A stretch of DNA of 64,000 nucleotides from Gammaproteobacteria bacterium (lineage in GTDB: Bacteria > Pseudomonadota > Gammaproteobacteria > Eutrophobiales > Eutrophobiaceae): assembly GCA_965238225.1 (NCBI GenBank), contig OZ250183.1:1056001-1120000 (forward strand), written 5' to 3'. The notes beneath the pieces were generated by a model that was given only the letters and a program-made list of their open reading frames with translations, did no database searches and was not told the DNA's origin. Shown here in pieces: positions 35,791 through 46,000 of the stretch. Within the stretch, counting starts at the first letter, position 1. Each line of letters opens with the position of its first letter. The translations under genes and the position numbers were made by a program.

Positions 35791-36645
35791 ATGCCTCCCA
35801 AGAGAAAGACAAAAAGAGTTGCGAAGAAAAAAACAAATTTCGCAAAATCCGTATTCAGCAGAATCCAACCAAAAAAGAGAATAGCTAAAAAAGCTATAAA
35901 GAAGAAGCCTCCGACAAAAAAGAAAATAGCTAAAAAAGCTACAAAGAAGAAGCCTCCGACAAAAAAGAAAATAGCTAAAAAAGCTACAAAGAAGAAGCCT
36001 CCGACAAAAAAGAAAATAGCTAAAAAAGCTACAAAGAAGAAGCCTCCGACAAAAAAGAAAATAGCTAAAAAAGCTACAAAGAAGAAGCCTGCGACAAAAA
36101 AGAAAATAGCTAAAAAAGCTACAAAGAAGAAGCCTCCCACAAAAAAGAAAATAGTTAAAAAAGCTATAAAGAAGAAGCCTGCGAGGAAGGCAGGCAATAT
36201 AAAAAAATCACCCACACAAAAAATAAAATCATTAACAAAAAATAAAATCACCCCTTATAAAAAGAAAAAAAATAATAAAGATTATATGAGCTTAGAACAA
36301 ACTGAATATTTCAGAGGAATTTTGCTTGCTTGGAGAGGAGGGTTAATGCAAGAAGTTGACAGAACAGTGGCTCACATGCAAGACGATGCTACCAATTTCC
36401 CAGATCCAAATGATCGTGCGTCACAAGAAGAAGAATTTACACTAGAATTACGTACGCGAGACAGGGAACGTAAACTTATTTCCAAGATAAATGAATCTAT
36501 TGCCATGCTGGATTCTGCTGACTACGGATTTTGCGAAATTTGTGGAGTAGAGATTGGTGTTCGCAGACTAGAAGCACGCCCAACCGCAACTCAATGCATA
36601 GACTGTAAAACTTTAGATGAAATTAAGGAGCGTCATCTGAGCTAA
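35791..36645 (+). CDS. dksA: DksA with histone-H1-like Lys-rich N-terminal extension
   Basis: C-terminal FPDPNDRASQEEEF, RDRERKLI, CEIC..RPTATQCIDC; followed by a gluQ remnant as in the canonical dksA-gluQ operon. Confidence 0.95.
   Translation: MPPKRKTKRVAKKKTNFAKSVFSRIQPKKRIAKKAIKKKPPTKKKIAKKATKKKPPTKKKIAKKATKKKPPTKKKIAKKATKKKPPTKKKIAKKATKKKPATKKKIAKKATKKKPPTKKKIVKKAIKKKPARKAGNIKKSPTQKIKSLTKNKITPYKKKKNNKDYMSLEQTEYFRGILLAWRGGLMQEVDRTVAHMQDDATNFPDPNDRASQEEEFTLELRTRDRERKLISKINESIAMLDSADYGFCEICGVEIGVRRLEARPTATQCIDCKTLDEIKERHLS
35872..36186 (+). repeat. 7 x 45-bp coding repeat (KKKIAKKATKKKPPT)
   Basis: Near-identical 45-nt units within dksA. Confidence 0.95.
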
Positions 36646-36719
36646 GTTTTATTTTTATGGTCATTATTCAGATTCTGATATTTACCAGACCATGATTTGC
36701 TAGGCTATTAGATCATCGA

Positions 36720-37978
36720 ATGTCGATAATAGGTTGATTCGCACTCCCGCCCACTGGTTCGTTACATTTTAGATCGACTGTGGCCGCCGTTGCCAGTTAT
36801 ATGCATGCAAAAAGCCAGCATGGCAAATGGTTGGCACGCATGGACGATATAGATATCTCTCGCAAGCAAAAAAGTATTCCGATACTTCCATCCTAAAATC
36901 AATCGAGACATTAGGCCTGTATTGGGATGATAAAATCTTATTCCAGAGTCATCTGGCAAAGGATTTTACCATGAAGCTTTGAACCTTCTTTCATTCGAAT
37001 AGGTTGACTTGTAAAAGCCGTAATATTTTCTGCATGCTCCTAGCCAAACTCGATGTCAGTTTGATGAATGCCAGAATCAGATAAACACACATCGAAATCC
37101 AAGTTTGGGTCAGCACGGCATTCTTGCTAATATCGATAGACGATTTAATTTTCAGGTTTTGTTTGATCCGCTTGAAAAACAGTTCGACCTGCCACTTGAC
37201 CTTATAAATATCTGCAATGGTTTTTGCGCAGAGTTTAAAGTTATTCGTCAGAAACGTATATCGTTTGACCTGTGATGCTGTCCTTAAATAACGAATTCGT
37301 CGAAGTGGCACAAGACATTTCTTTGCAGTCTGTGCACCCGTCAATTTAATCGTTTGATCACAGATCAATCCTTTGCTCTTGAGTATGGTGCTGGCATCCA
37401 GTAAATTTACTTGATTCTCCGTTTTAATTCAATAGGTTACAGACAAGCTCATTGTATCAAACCGACGAAGAGCCAAGTCGTTTCCTTTTATTGTTAACGG
37501 GGTGGCAGTGAATTTTAATAATAAAATCCAAAGTAGTTCTAAACAAAATTCAGGGACTGAAACAGGAGATTTTATTGTACGTCGTGCCGATGGTTTTTGT
37601 TGCTTATCATCTGGCAACCGTCATCGATGATCTTTGCTAGGAAATTACTGAAATTTTAAGAGGTGCAGATTTACTGGATGCGACATCTAAACAAATTTAT
37701 TTGCAGAACGTACTCAATTACGCATGCACTTGCGCATGCGCATTTACCTACCGCCGTTGATAAACAAGGGTATGAATTAAGTAAACAATGTCATGTAAAA
37801 CCCATTGATGATGCAGATTCTGTAACAATATTGATTCTAGCGCTTGATTTCTTAGGGTAATATCCCGAAAAATCATTAACGCTAAGGAAGTGTGGATGAA
37901 ATTATTCAATGGGGAATTAAACATTGGTCATTGGAGAAAATTCCCCGACTAAATTCAATTGCAGTAGAAAATTATTAG
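36720..37978 (+). pseudogene. gluQ: Glutamyl-Q tRNA(Asp) synthetase, frameshifted and split by IS4
   Basis: MSIIG*FALPPTGSLHF..GKWLARMDDID, GLYWDDKILFQS; after the IS: GDFIVRRADG, AYHLATVIDD, RGADLLDATSKQIYLQ, HLPTAVDKQGYELSKQ, QWGIKHWSLEKIP. Confidence 0.92.
36991..37510 (-). mobile_element. Internally deleted IS4-family element (left end plus transposase C-terminal fragment)
   Basis: FLTNNFKL..IADIYKVKWQVELFFKRIKQNLKIK (YREK-type signature); upstream end begins CACTGCCACCCCGTTAAC; right end missing. Confidence 0.88.
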
Positions 37979-38288
37979 GGATTTACCGCAAATAAAATAT
38001 ATTTATTGTCATACAATGCATTTTATAGGTATGTCAGTGACAGCTGTAGAGTTTTCAACGCTTTCTTTCAAATAATTTAATAAATATCTTGGGTCAAATA
38101 TTTTTAGATATGAGATAATTAGCAAATAACAGTAAATAAAATAACCAATAAATAGCTATTTTCTTTCATTAGGTAAAATAACTAAAAAAACTAAAAATTA
38201 GTTTAGAAATATCTAGTTTAGAAATAAATTTAAAAAATTAACTATCATAATAGTGCGCTATTATATTAATAACCTGTACTTAAATGCC

Positions 38289-38936
38289 ATGTTAAAACGA
38301 CCACAATGTCTCTTATTATTGATTCTTTCAACGAATGTATTTGCTGTAGACAAGGTCGTTGTCCTAGGTCTATTACAAAATAAAGCCGTCGTCAATATAG
38401 ATGGTAAACAGAGATTACTTAAAGCTGGCAAACCAAGTTCGGAAGGTGTCTTGCTTGTCTCGGCAAACTCTAAAGAGGCAATCATCGAAATTGATGGCAA
38501 ACAAAACACTTACATATTGGGACAAGGTATAAATAGCAATTTTGCAAAACCAGCAGCAGGTAAATCAATTACTATTACATCTGACAGAAGCGGTGCATAC
38601 ACAGTCAACGGCAGCATTAATGGATTTCAAGTAAACTTTCTGGTCGATACTGGTGCGTCGTTTGTTTCAATGAATGGCAACGATGCTAGGCGCATGGGTA
38701 TCGAATACAGACTTGAGGGGAAAGAAGGCTTATCATCAACAGCCTCTGGTGTGGACAAAGTATATTTCGTTAATCTTGAAACTGTGGCGGTAGGAGACAT
38801 TAAAATACATAATGTAGGAGGTTCGGTTCGTTCTGGTAATTTTCCTAAGATTATATTATTAGGGAATGCCTTTCTCAATAAAGTTAAAATGATTCGTGAA
38901 GGTAATTTTCTTAAGTTAGAAGAAAAACCATATTAA
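38289..38936 (+). CDS. Clan AA retropepsin-like aspartic protease
   Basis: FLVDTGAS catalytic motif, ILLGNAFL, N-terminal signal-like segment. Confidence 0.9.
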   Translation: MLKRPQCLLLLILSTNVFAVDKVVVLGLLQNKAVVNIDGKQRLLKAGKPSSEGVLLVSANSKEAIIEIDGKQNTYILGQGINSNFAKPAAGKSITITSDRSGAYTVNGSINGFQVNFLVDTGASFVSMNGNDARRMGIEYRLEGKEGLSSTASGVDKVYFVNLETVAVGDIKIHNVGGSVRSGNFPKIILLGNAFLNKVKMIREGNFLKLEEKPY

Positions 38937-38969
38937 GAAGATAATTTGTAAAAATAATTTTTAATATCT

Positions 38970-39539
38970 TTATTGGTTTAAATTTTCACCATCAAGCCTT
39001 TCGCTTCTCCAGTATATTTCCTGACCTCCATCACTAAGCGCAAGTGTTCTGGCAAAGATAAATAATAAATCAGATAATCTATTTAAAAATTCAAGAGATA
39101 TCTTATTGATAGAAGATTTTTTGGATAAGCGTACAAGTTGCCGCTCTGCTCGACGACAAACTGTACGTGCATAATGACACTTTGCAGCTGATGCAGAACC
39201 TCCTGGAAGAATGAATTCTTTCAACGGCTCTAAGGATGCATTATATTTATCAATAATCTTTTCAAGATATTCAACGCGTGCTCTGGAAACCATCTTGATA
39301 TTAAACATGGCAAGTTCTCCGCCTAGATCAAATAAAATATGTTGTATATCTAATAAATGGTTCTGAATTTTTATATCAATATCGTCTGCAATTAATAGCC
39401 CTAATAAACTATTTAATTCATCAACATCACCAAAGACATTGACTCTGTCACTGTCTTTTTCGACTCTACTACCATTCGCCAAACCAGTAGTTCCATCATC
39501 ACCTGTTCTCGTATAGATTTTTGAAAGTCGATGTCCCAT
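38970..39539 (-). CDS. PduO-type cob(I)alamin adenosyltransferase
   Basis: KIYTRTGDDGTT, GDVDELNS, EFILPGG, RTVCRRAER, LNRLSDLLF. Confidence 0.95.
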   Translation of the reverse strand: MGHRLSKIYTRTGDDGTTGLANGSRVEKDSDRVNVFGDVDELNSLLGLLIADDIDIKIQNHLLDIQHILFDLGGELAMFNIKMVSRARVEYLEKIIDKYNASLEPLKEFILPGGSASAAKCHYARTVCRRAERQLVRLSKKSSINKISLEFLNRLSDLLFIFARTLALSDGGQEIYWRSERLDGENLNQ

Positions 39540-39584
39540 AAAAACCTCGTTATAATTATCTTGTTAATCTTGCACCCTAATTGC

Positions 39585-39832
39585 CCGTGGTAAATCAGTT
39601 CTCAGTATATGCACATTAGGGTGTGTCGCGCTTGTTTCTAATTGACATCGTACCAATTTTATCAATTTCAATAACTTGATGCATTTTCAGGAATGATATT
39701 TTTTGTCACAATTGGTAAACCAACAACATCCGCGGAATAATCACATTCATGTGTTACTCCAGCCAAATGTTCTCGCAGTCCTACTGAACAGATGATTTCC
39801 GTCGCACTAGGGAGAAGCGAAGCAATCTTCAT
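39585..39832 (-). pseudogene. Truncated BtuF-like cobalamin-binding periplasmic protein
   Basis: ATG overlaps upstream stop (ATGA); MKIASLLPSATEIICSVGLREHLAGVTHECDY..LPIVT..*, continuing EIDKI in another frame, then lost. Confidence 0.85.
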
Positions 39833-40356
39833 ATTATTTTTACCGTTGTATCATTGCTACTTAAGGGCCAATGTTGAAACCCTTCATAAGCTCCAAACAA
39901 GATACTGCAATAAAATATATCGGCAAATAACGCCTTTCCAAAATATGGAATCCCGTTAACATAACACAATAATAATCCATCAATCGTGTGTGGGTAATAA
40001 ACCCACCAGAAACTCGCGTTTGACAAAATAAAAAATATTAACGCAGCAACAAAAATGGCCGAACCCATATTTAAAAAAGTACGCTTCTTACTAAGCAATA
40101 GTTTTCCGATACACGCTGAAGCAGCAAAACCAATATAAACAGAGAGCATTATAATTGCACTGTAAAATCCTATGAAGACATCACATATTAGCAATGCCAT
40201 TAAAGGAACTGCCCACGACCATCGATAATTCATGTAAGCACCAGAAAATAATCCCAGAGCACCGATAGGCGTAAATCCTGATGGATGCGGTATTAATCGA
40301 GAAAACGCTACCAATATAATAAGTAAAGAAACCGCAAGTAAGTTTTTCTTTTGCAT
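39829..40356 (-). CDS. DUF6580-type membrane protein, putative cobalamin transporter
   Basis: SRLIPHPSGFTPIGALGLF, FFILSN, CYVNGIPYF; several TM helices; lies in the B12 operon. Confidence 0.8.
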   Translation of the reverse strand: MQKKNLLAVSLLIILVAFSRLIPHPSGFTPIGALGLFSGAYMNYRWSWAVPLMALLICDVFIGFYSAIIMLSVYIGFAASACIGKLLLSKKRTFLNMGSAIFVAALIFFILSNASFWWVYYPHTIDGLLLCYVNGIPYFGKALFADIFYCSILFGAYEGFQHWPLSSNDTTVKII

Positions 40357-40375
40357 AATAGCGCTCCGTTTAAGG

Positions 40376-42304
40376 TTAAAAATTAATCTTTAAACCCACG
40401 ATACCACTTACGCCTGCCGTCTGAAAGCCTAAGACATCTACATAATTTTCGTCTAACAGGTTTTGAACTCTGGCATTAATATTTACGTTCTTTGTAATAT
40501 GGTAAGAAGCTGCTAAATTAACCAATACATAACTACTCAAATCAACTGCTGCCTGTGTGGCAAAATTTGTATCTCTTCGCGTTCCTGTGTGGCTAATATT
40601 CAAATTTACATTTCCACGGTTGCCAAAAAAATTGTAATTCAGATTCAAATGACTCGTAGTTTTTGGACGACGCATCTCCAGTATTTGATTCCCTACTGCA
40701 TTAGCTTCTGTGGCATCCAACCAAGTGTGTGTGCCCGTGAACTCAAGATTATCGCTCAGTTTCGCATCTACAGTTATTTCAACGCCTTGCCGTTTGCTCG
40801 TGCCATTGATATTTATCGCTGTAAAACCAGCGCCATTAAAGAAAAAACCATTAATTTCATCGTCTAATCTTGAATTAAAATAAGTAATGTCAGCATTAGC
40901 CTTATCATTCCACAACACTTGTGTAATACCTACATCCCAAGACTTGGATTTTTCAGGGTTCAAATCTGGATTACCAATAAAAGTGTTCGCATAGAACCCG
41001 AATCGGTCACTAAATGTTGGACGTTTGATACCTGTGGCATAACTTCCATGTAATCGTGTTCCCCAATCAAGCAGCTTATAAGCTCCTGTGATTTGATAGA
41101 TCGTTGTATCGTCAAAGTCTGAATTGTCGTCATATCGTATATTGCCAGATACGAATAAACGTTCCCACAAACCTACACGATAGCCCAAAACAAGCCCTGT
41201 CGTTGTTATATTTTGTTTCTGATTTGGATCAAAACTAAGGAACGCTGTGCCACGTTGAGTAAATAGATCTCTTTCATAATCAATACCAAGCGTTAAAATA
41301 TGCGAAGCACTGCTGGGATTCTCCGTATCAAGATAAAAATTGGTTTTATAGTCAAATCGAAATTTCTTTCCTTGTGTACTATTTGATTCATTGCCGGAAA
41401 TAAAATGATTGTTTTCAGTGCTGGTAATCGCAACACCTGCAATATGTTCCCATGCATCATTAAATAAGCTCAATGATATTTTGCTTCTCAGATAATCTTG
41501 ATTGGTTTTGGTTTCTCTATCAGCATCGATAGCGAAACCCGTTACTAAGAAATCTTGATCATCAGTCTCATTATTTGCCTTTGTATGCCTGCCGGTAATG
41601 TCAATTTTCAAATTATCAAAGGCAACCGTACCCGCTGCAAAAGAAATAGTAGCATTCTCATAAGCATCGTCTTCATCCCCTGCGGGCGCAATATTGCTTC
41701 CCGCTGAATTCAAATATGAACCCTGTAAATTATAATGATATCCGTCGCCACTTCCCGAAATACCACCGCCAGCATTAAAAGTACCAAAAGATCCTGTTTC
41801 CAAAAAGGTTGACAGTGTTATTGGCCCGCTGCCTTTCTTGGTGATGATATTAATAACCCCAGAAAGCGCATCGCTGCCATAAAGCGCACTCTGCGGACCT
41901 CTTATAATTTCAATGCGTTCAATATTTGTCGTCATCAAATGTGCAAAGTCAAATTCATCTCCAGACGCAATATCATTAGCTTCTATACCATCAATAAGCA
42001 CCAGTAATTGATTGGCTTCTGCTCCACGAATCCTAAGCTGTATTTGACTGCCAATACTACCGCCGTTACTAATAGAAAACCCAGGAACATCACGCAATAA
42101 ATCTGCAATTTGCACTGCCTGCCGTTGTTTAATTTGTGTCTCAGTAATAACAGTATAAGAACTACCGATTTCATTAATAGTAATAGGCGTATGCGAACCT
42201 GTGACAATAATATGATCAGATTCAGAAATACCTGATTCTGCAAACACAGGAAATGAAATGAAATAAACAATTAAAAAATTAATAAAAAACAATATACGGA
42301 TCAT
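40376..42304 (-). CDS. btuB: TonB-dependent vitamin B12 receptor
   Basis: IIVTG TonB box, LVLIDG, RIEIIRGPQSALYG, C-terminal Phe; downstream of cobalamin riboswitch; GGAG RBS before ATG 42304. Confidence 0.88.
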   Translation of the reverse strand: MIRILFFINFLIVYFISFPVFAESGISESDHIIVTGSHTPITINEIGSSYTVITETQIKQRQAVQIADLLRDVPGFSISNGGSIGSQIQLRIRGAEANQLLVLIDGIEANDIASGDEFDFAHLMTTNIERIEIIRGPQSALYGSDALSGVINIITKKGSGPITLSTFLETGSFGTFNAGGGISGSGDGYHYNLQGSYLNSAGSNIAPAGDEDDAYENATISFAAGTVAFDNLKIDITGRHTKANNETDDQDFLVTGFAIDADRETKTNQDYLRSKISLSLFNDAWEHIAGVAITSTENNHFISGNESNSTQGKKFRFDYKTNFYLDTENPSSASHILTLGIDYERDLFTQRGTAFLSFDPNQKQNITTTGLVLGYRVGLWERLFVSGNIRYDDNSDFDDTTIYQITGAYKLLDWGTRLHGSYATGIKRPTFSDRFGFYANTFIGNPDLNPEKSKSWDVGITQVLWNDKANADITYFNSRLDDEINGFFFNGAGFTAININGTSKRQGVEITVDAKLSDNLEFTGTHTWLDATEANAVGNQILEMRRPKTTSHLNLNYNFFGNRGNVNLNISHTGTRRDTNFATQAAVDLSSYVLVNLAASYHITKNVNINARVQNLLDENYVDVLGFQTAGVSGIVGLKINF

Positions 42305-42439
42305 GAAAACGATCTCCATTTGCTTGATTCCCGTCCTAGATCGAGAAAATAAATGGTATATCGCTATGAAGATTGATGCGGAGAGAATAAGAAAGCAGAC
42401 CTATCAAACCGTTATCATCGCCCACCGCGATATGATTCT

Positions 42440-42655
42440 GGCAAAAGGTCGGTCTCCGGACTCATGTGATACTAAAAAATATTAATTTTAGTAGCTTGAT
42501 CGCCTTCCCATGTTATGTATATCTTATAAACACAGTGGCAAAATGATCAAGCCTTTACTCATTTACCGTTGCGGGGGCAGTGTCGGAATCGCCTAAACGC
42601 TCACCGACTTCCCATTTAATTTTGTAGTAGAAAACTATCAAAAACCTAATGCAAT
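42440..42655 (-). ncRNA. Cobalamin riboswitch
   Basis: AGGT..AAATGGGAAGTCGGTG..ATTCCGACACTGCCCCCGCAACGGTAA..GCCACTG..TGGGAAGG..AGTCCGGAGACCGACCT. Confidence 0.95.
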
Positions 42656-42858
42656 TAGTGAGCAAAATATGGCATCCGTTCAGGATTGTCAACTTGACAT
42701 ATAAAAATGATGCAGAGACCAAAAAATCGCACTAGAGTTTATACTTCACATCCGCCGTTTGATAAAAATACGATAAATTTTTAGTTTAGTAATTAAGGTA
42801 TATCTTTGATTTGTATCATTAGAAGGTTAAGCAAAGTTATATTATAATTTGGCAAAGT

Positions 42859-42967
42859 TTTGCTTGAGGAGCACTGCGACGGCTTCTATTCCGCTAGGCT
42901 TAAACAATTAAATTTGGCAATGAAAATTGACAATAAAATTGGCAATAAAGCTTAAAACTGTGATCGC
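42859..42967 (+). ncRNA. SAH riboswitch (somewhat degenerate) upstream of metH
   Basis: TTGCTTGAGGAGCACTGCGACGG..CCGCTAGGCTTAAACAA core with downstream AACTGTGATC pseudoknot partner; metH is a known SAH-riboswitch target. Confidence 0.75.
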
Positions 42968-43056
42968 TTAGTTAAGGTCTAGGCAAGCGAGTTCTCATCT
43001 GCACATCATTCCTTGCTTATTTGAAAACATATTACAAAAACAATATAGAATCAGGC

Positions 43057-46000
43057 ATGACGAACAGTACAGAAAAACTCAAACAGGCCTTACAATCACG
43101 TATCCTAGTGCTAGATGGCGCCATGGGCACCATGATTCAATCCTACAAATTAGAAGAAGCAGATTATCGCGGGGAACGGTTTTCTAATCATCCCTGTGAC
43201 CTCAAAGGTAATAATGACCTGCTCTCATTGACGCAGCCGGATATCATAAAAGCCATTCATGGCGCATATCTTGACGCTGGCGCTGATATTGTTGAAACCA
43301 ATACCTTCAACTCAACGTCGATCGCTATGCTCGATTACCAGCAACAAGATCTAGTTTACGAGCTAAATAAAACAGGTGCCTTGCTTGCTCAAGAAGCTGC
43401 AGAAGCCTATGAAGGATTTGTCGCTGGCGTGCTTGGCCCAACCAACCGCACCTGCTCAATCTCGCCAGATGTAAACAATCCAGGTTTTCGTAATGTTAGC
43501 TACACGGAACTGGTCGAGGCATATACCGAGGCCATTCGCGGGTTAATTGACGGCGGTTCTGATCTATTGCTGGTCGAAACCATCTTTGATACTCTAAACG
43601 CTAAAGCCGCGCTATTTGCCATCAATCAATATTTTGATGCGCATGATATTTCGCTACCAATCATGGTTTCTGGCACGATTACTGATGCTTCAGGACGCAC
43701 TCTCACAGGCCAGACAACAGAGGCCTTCTGGAACTCTGTAAGGCATTCAAATCCACTTTCAATTGGACTAAATTGTGCCTTAGGGCCCAATGATTTACGT
43801 CATTATATTGAAGAACTTTCTAGCTTTTCTCAAGCACTGATTAGCGCCCATCCAAACGCTGGTTTGCCCAATGAATTTGGGGAATACGACATGCAGGCAA
43901 AAGCCATGGCCGAGCATATCAAAGAGTGGGCTGAATCAGGCTTCTTAAACATCGTCGGCGGTTGTTGCGGCACAACGCCTGAGCACATTGCCGCCATAGC
44001 AAACGCTGTCTATGGAGTTAAGCCTAGGGATATTCCTGAAATCCCAACACATTTAAGACTGAGCGGACTGGAACCCTTTAATATTACTCCAGATGTAAAT
44101 TTTGTGAATATCGGCGAGCGCACCAATGTTGCGGGTTCCCCCTTGTTTTTACGTTTGGTCAAAGAGGAAGGGGATTTAGATGCAGCTTTGGACATTGCCA
44201 AACAACAGGTTGAAGACGGTGCGCAAATTATTGATGTCTGTATGGATGAAGGCATGCTCAACTCTGAGCAAATGATGGAAGATTTTCTTAAACTTATCGC
44301 CTCAGAACCAGATATTTGTCGCGTTCCTGTCATGATTGATTCTTCTAAATGGTCAGTCATTGAAGCGGGCTTGCGCTGCGTGCAGGGTAAATGCGTGGTG
44401 AATTCTATTAGCCTTAAGGAAGGTGAAGCAAAGTTTATAGAATACGCCAGACTCATCCGTCGCTATGGTGCGGCCGTGGTCGTTATGGCTTTTGATGAGG
44501 CGGGTCAAGCAGATACTACTGAACGTAGATTTAATTTATGCAAACGTTCCTATGATATTCTATTAAATAATGCCAACTTCCCACCAGAAGACATTATCTT
44601 TGATCCCAATATCCTAACGGTCGCAACCGGCATGAAGGAACATAATAATTATGCTGTGTCTTTCTTTGAGGCAACACGTTTGATCAAAGAACATTTGCCG
44701 CATGCATTAGTGAGCGGTGGCTTGAGTAATGTGTCGTTTTCTTTCCGCGGTAATAATCTAGTGCGTGAAGCCATGCACTCGGCATTTTTATATCACGGCA
44801 TTCAAGCTGGAATGGATATGGCGATTGTCAATGCTGGGCAGCTAGAAATTTATGACGAAATCCATAAAGAATTACTCGAGTACGTTGAAGATGTCTTGTT
44901 AAATAGACGAGATGATGCCACTGACCGTTTGGTTAAATTTGCAGGAAATGTTCATATATATATTTCCAGTGTTGTTCACTACCTCAAACCATATATTCCG
45001 GACAGTGTTAGCGTGTCGGACAAGTTAACACGGGAATTAGAAAAGGGAGTGGATTTAGAATGGCGTAAAGGCGATGTCCAGGCAAAACTGAGCCATGCCT
45101 TGGTAAAAGGTATTACAGAATTTATTGAAGAAGATACTGAAGAAGCCAGACAAGAAGCCATACAACAGGCAAAAAAATCTCTGCATGTAATAGAAGGCCC
45201 GTTGATGGTGGGCATGAATGTCGTAGGCGATCTATTTGGCGCAGGCAAAATGTTTCTGCCGCAGGTCGTAAAAAGCGCGCGCGTTATGAAAAAAGCCGTA
45301 GCCTATCTCCTGCCCTATATCGAAGCAGAAAAAGGCAGCGAAGAAATAAAAGGCAATGGCAAAATAATTATGGCCACAGTTAAAGGTGATGTGCATGACA
45401 TAGGCAAAAATATTGTTGGCGTCGTTTTGCAATGTAATAACTTCGAGGTTGTTGATCTCGGCGTTATGGTGCCTGCACAAACGATTCTTGATAAAGCCCG
45501 TGATCTTAATGCTGACATCATAGGATTAAGCGGATTAATCACGCCATCATTAGACGAGATGGTGCACGTTGCCAAAGAAATGCAACGACAGGATCTTACC
45601 CTGCCCTTAATGATTGGCGGCGCAACAACATCACGCGCCCATACTGCAGTCAAAATTGATTTAGCTTATAAACATCCAGTTATCCACGTCAAAGATGCCT
45701 CGCGCGCCGTTGGCATATCAACGCGTCTTTTAAATGTTGATATGAAAGAAGAACTATCCAAAGAGATTAAAAAAGATTACGACATTGTGCGAGAACGACA
45801 TGCTGGGAAACAGGCGAAAATCAATTGGCTAACCCTTGAAGACGCAAGAGCCAATCGCGTAGTGATAGATTGGCATCATTACACGCCACCAATACCAAAG
45901 AAATTAGGTATAGAGATTTTTACAGATTATTCGTTGGAGGAACTCGCAAAATATATCGACTGGACACCATTGTTCATTGCCTGGGAACTCGCAGGAAAAT

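Noticed and set aside
35784-36251. Phe-rich repetitive membrane-like ORF
   Set aside because: Antisense shadow of the poly-Lys repeats of dksA
37429-37617. Minus-strand ORF with FDTMSLSVT, superficially like an IS1634 transposase motif
   Set aside because: Better explained as the non-coding IS4 end (to 37510) plus the antisense of gluQ (GDFIVRRADG on the plus strand)
42378-42386. GCGGAGAGA as a duplicated tRNA-Ser 3' end (att site)
   Set aside because: Only 9 bp, expected by chance, and inside the btuB leader
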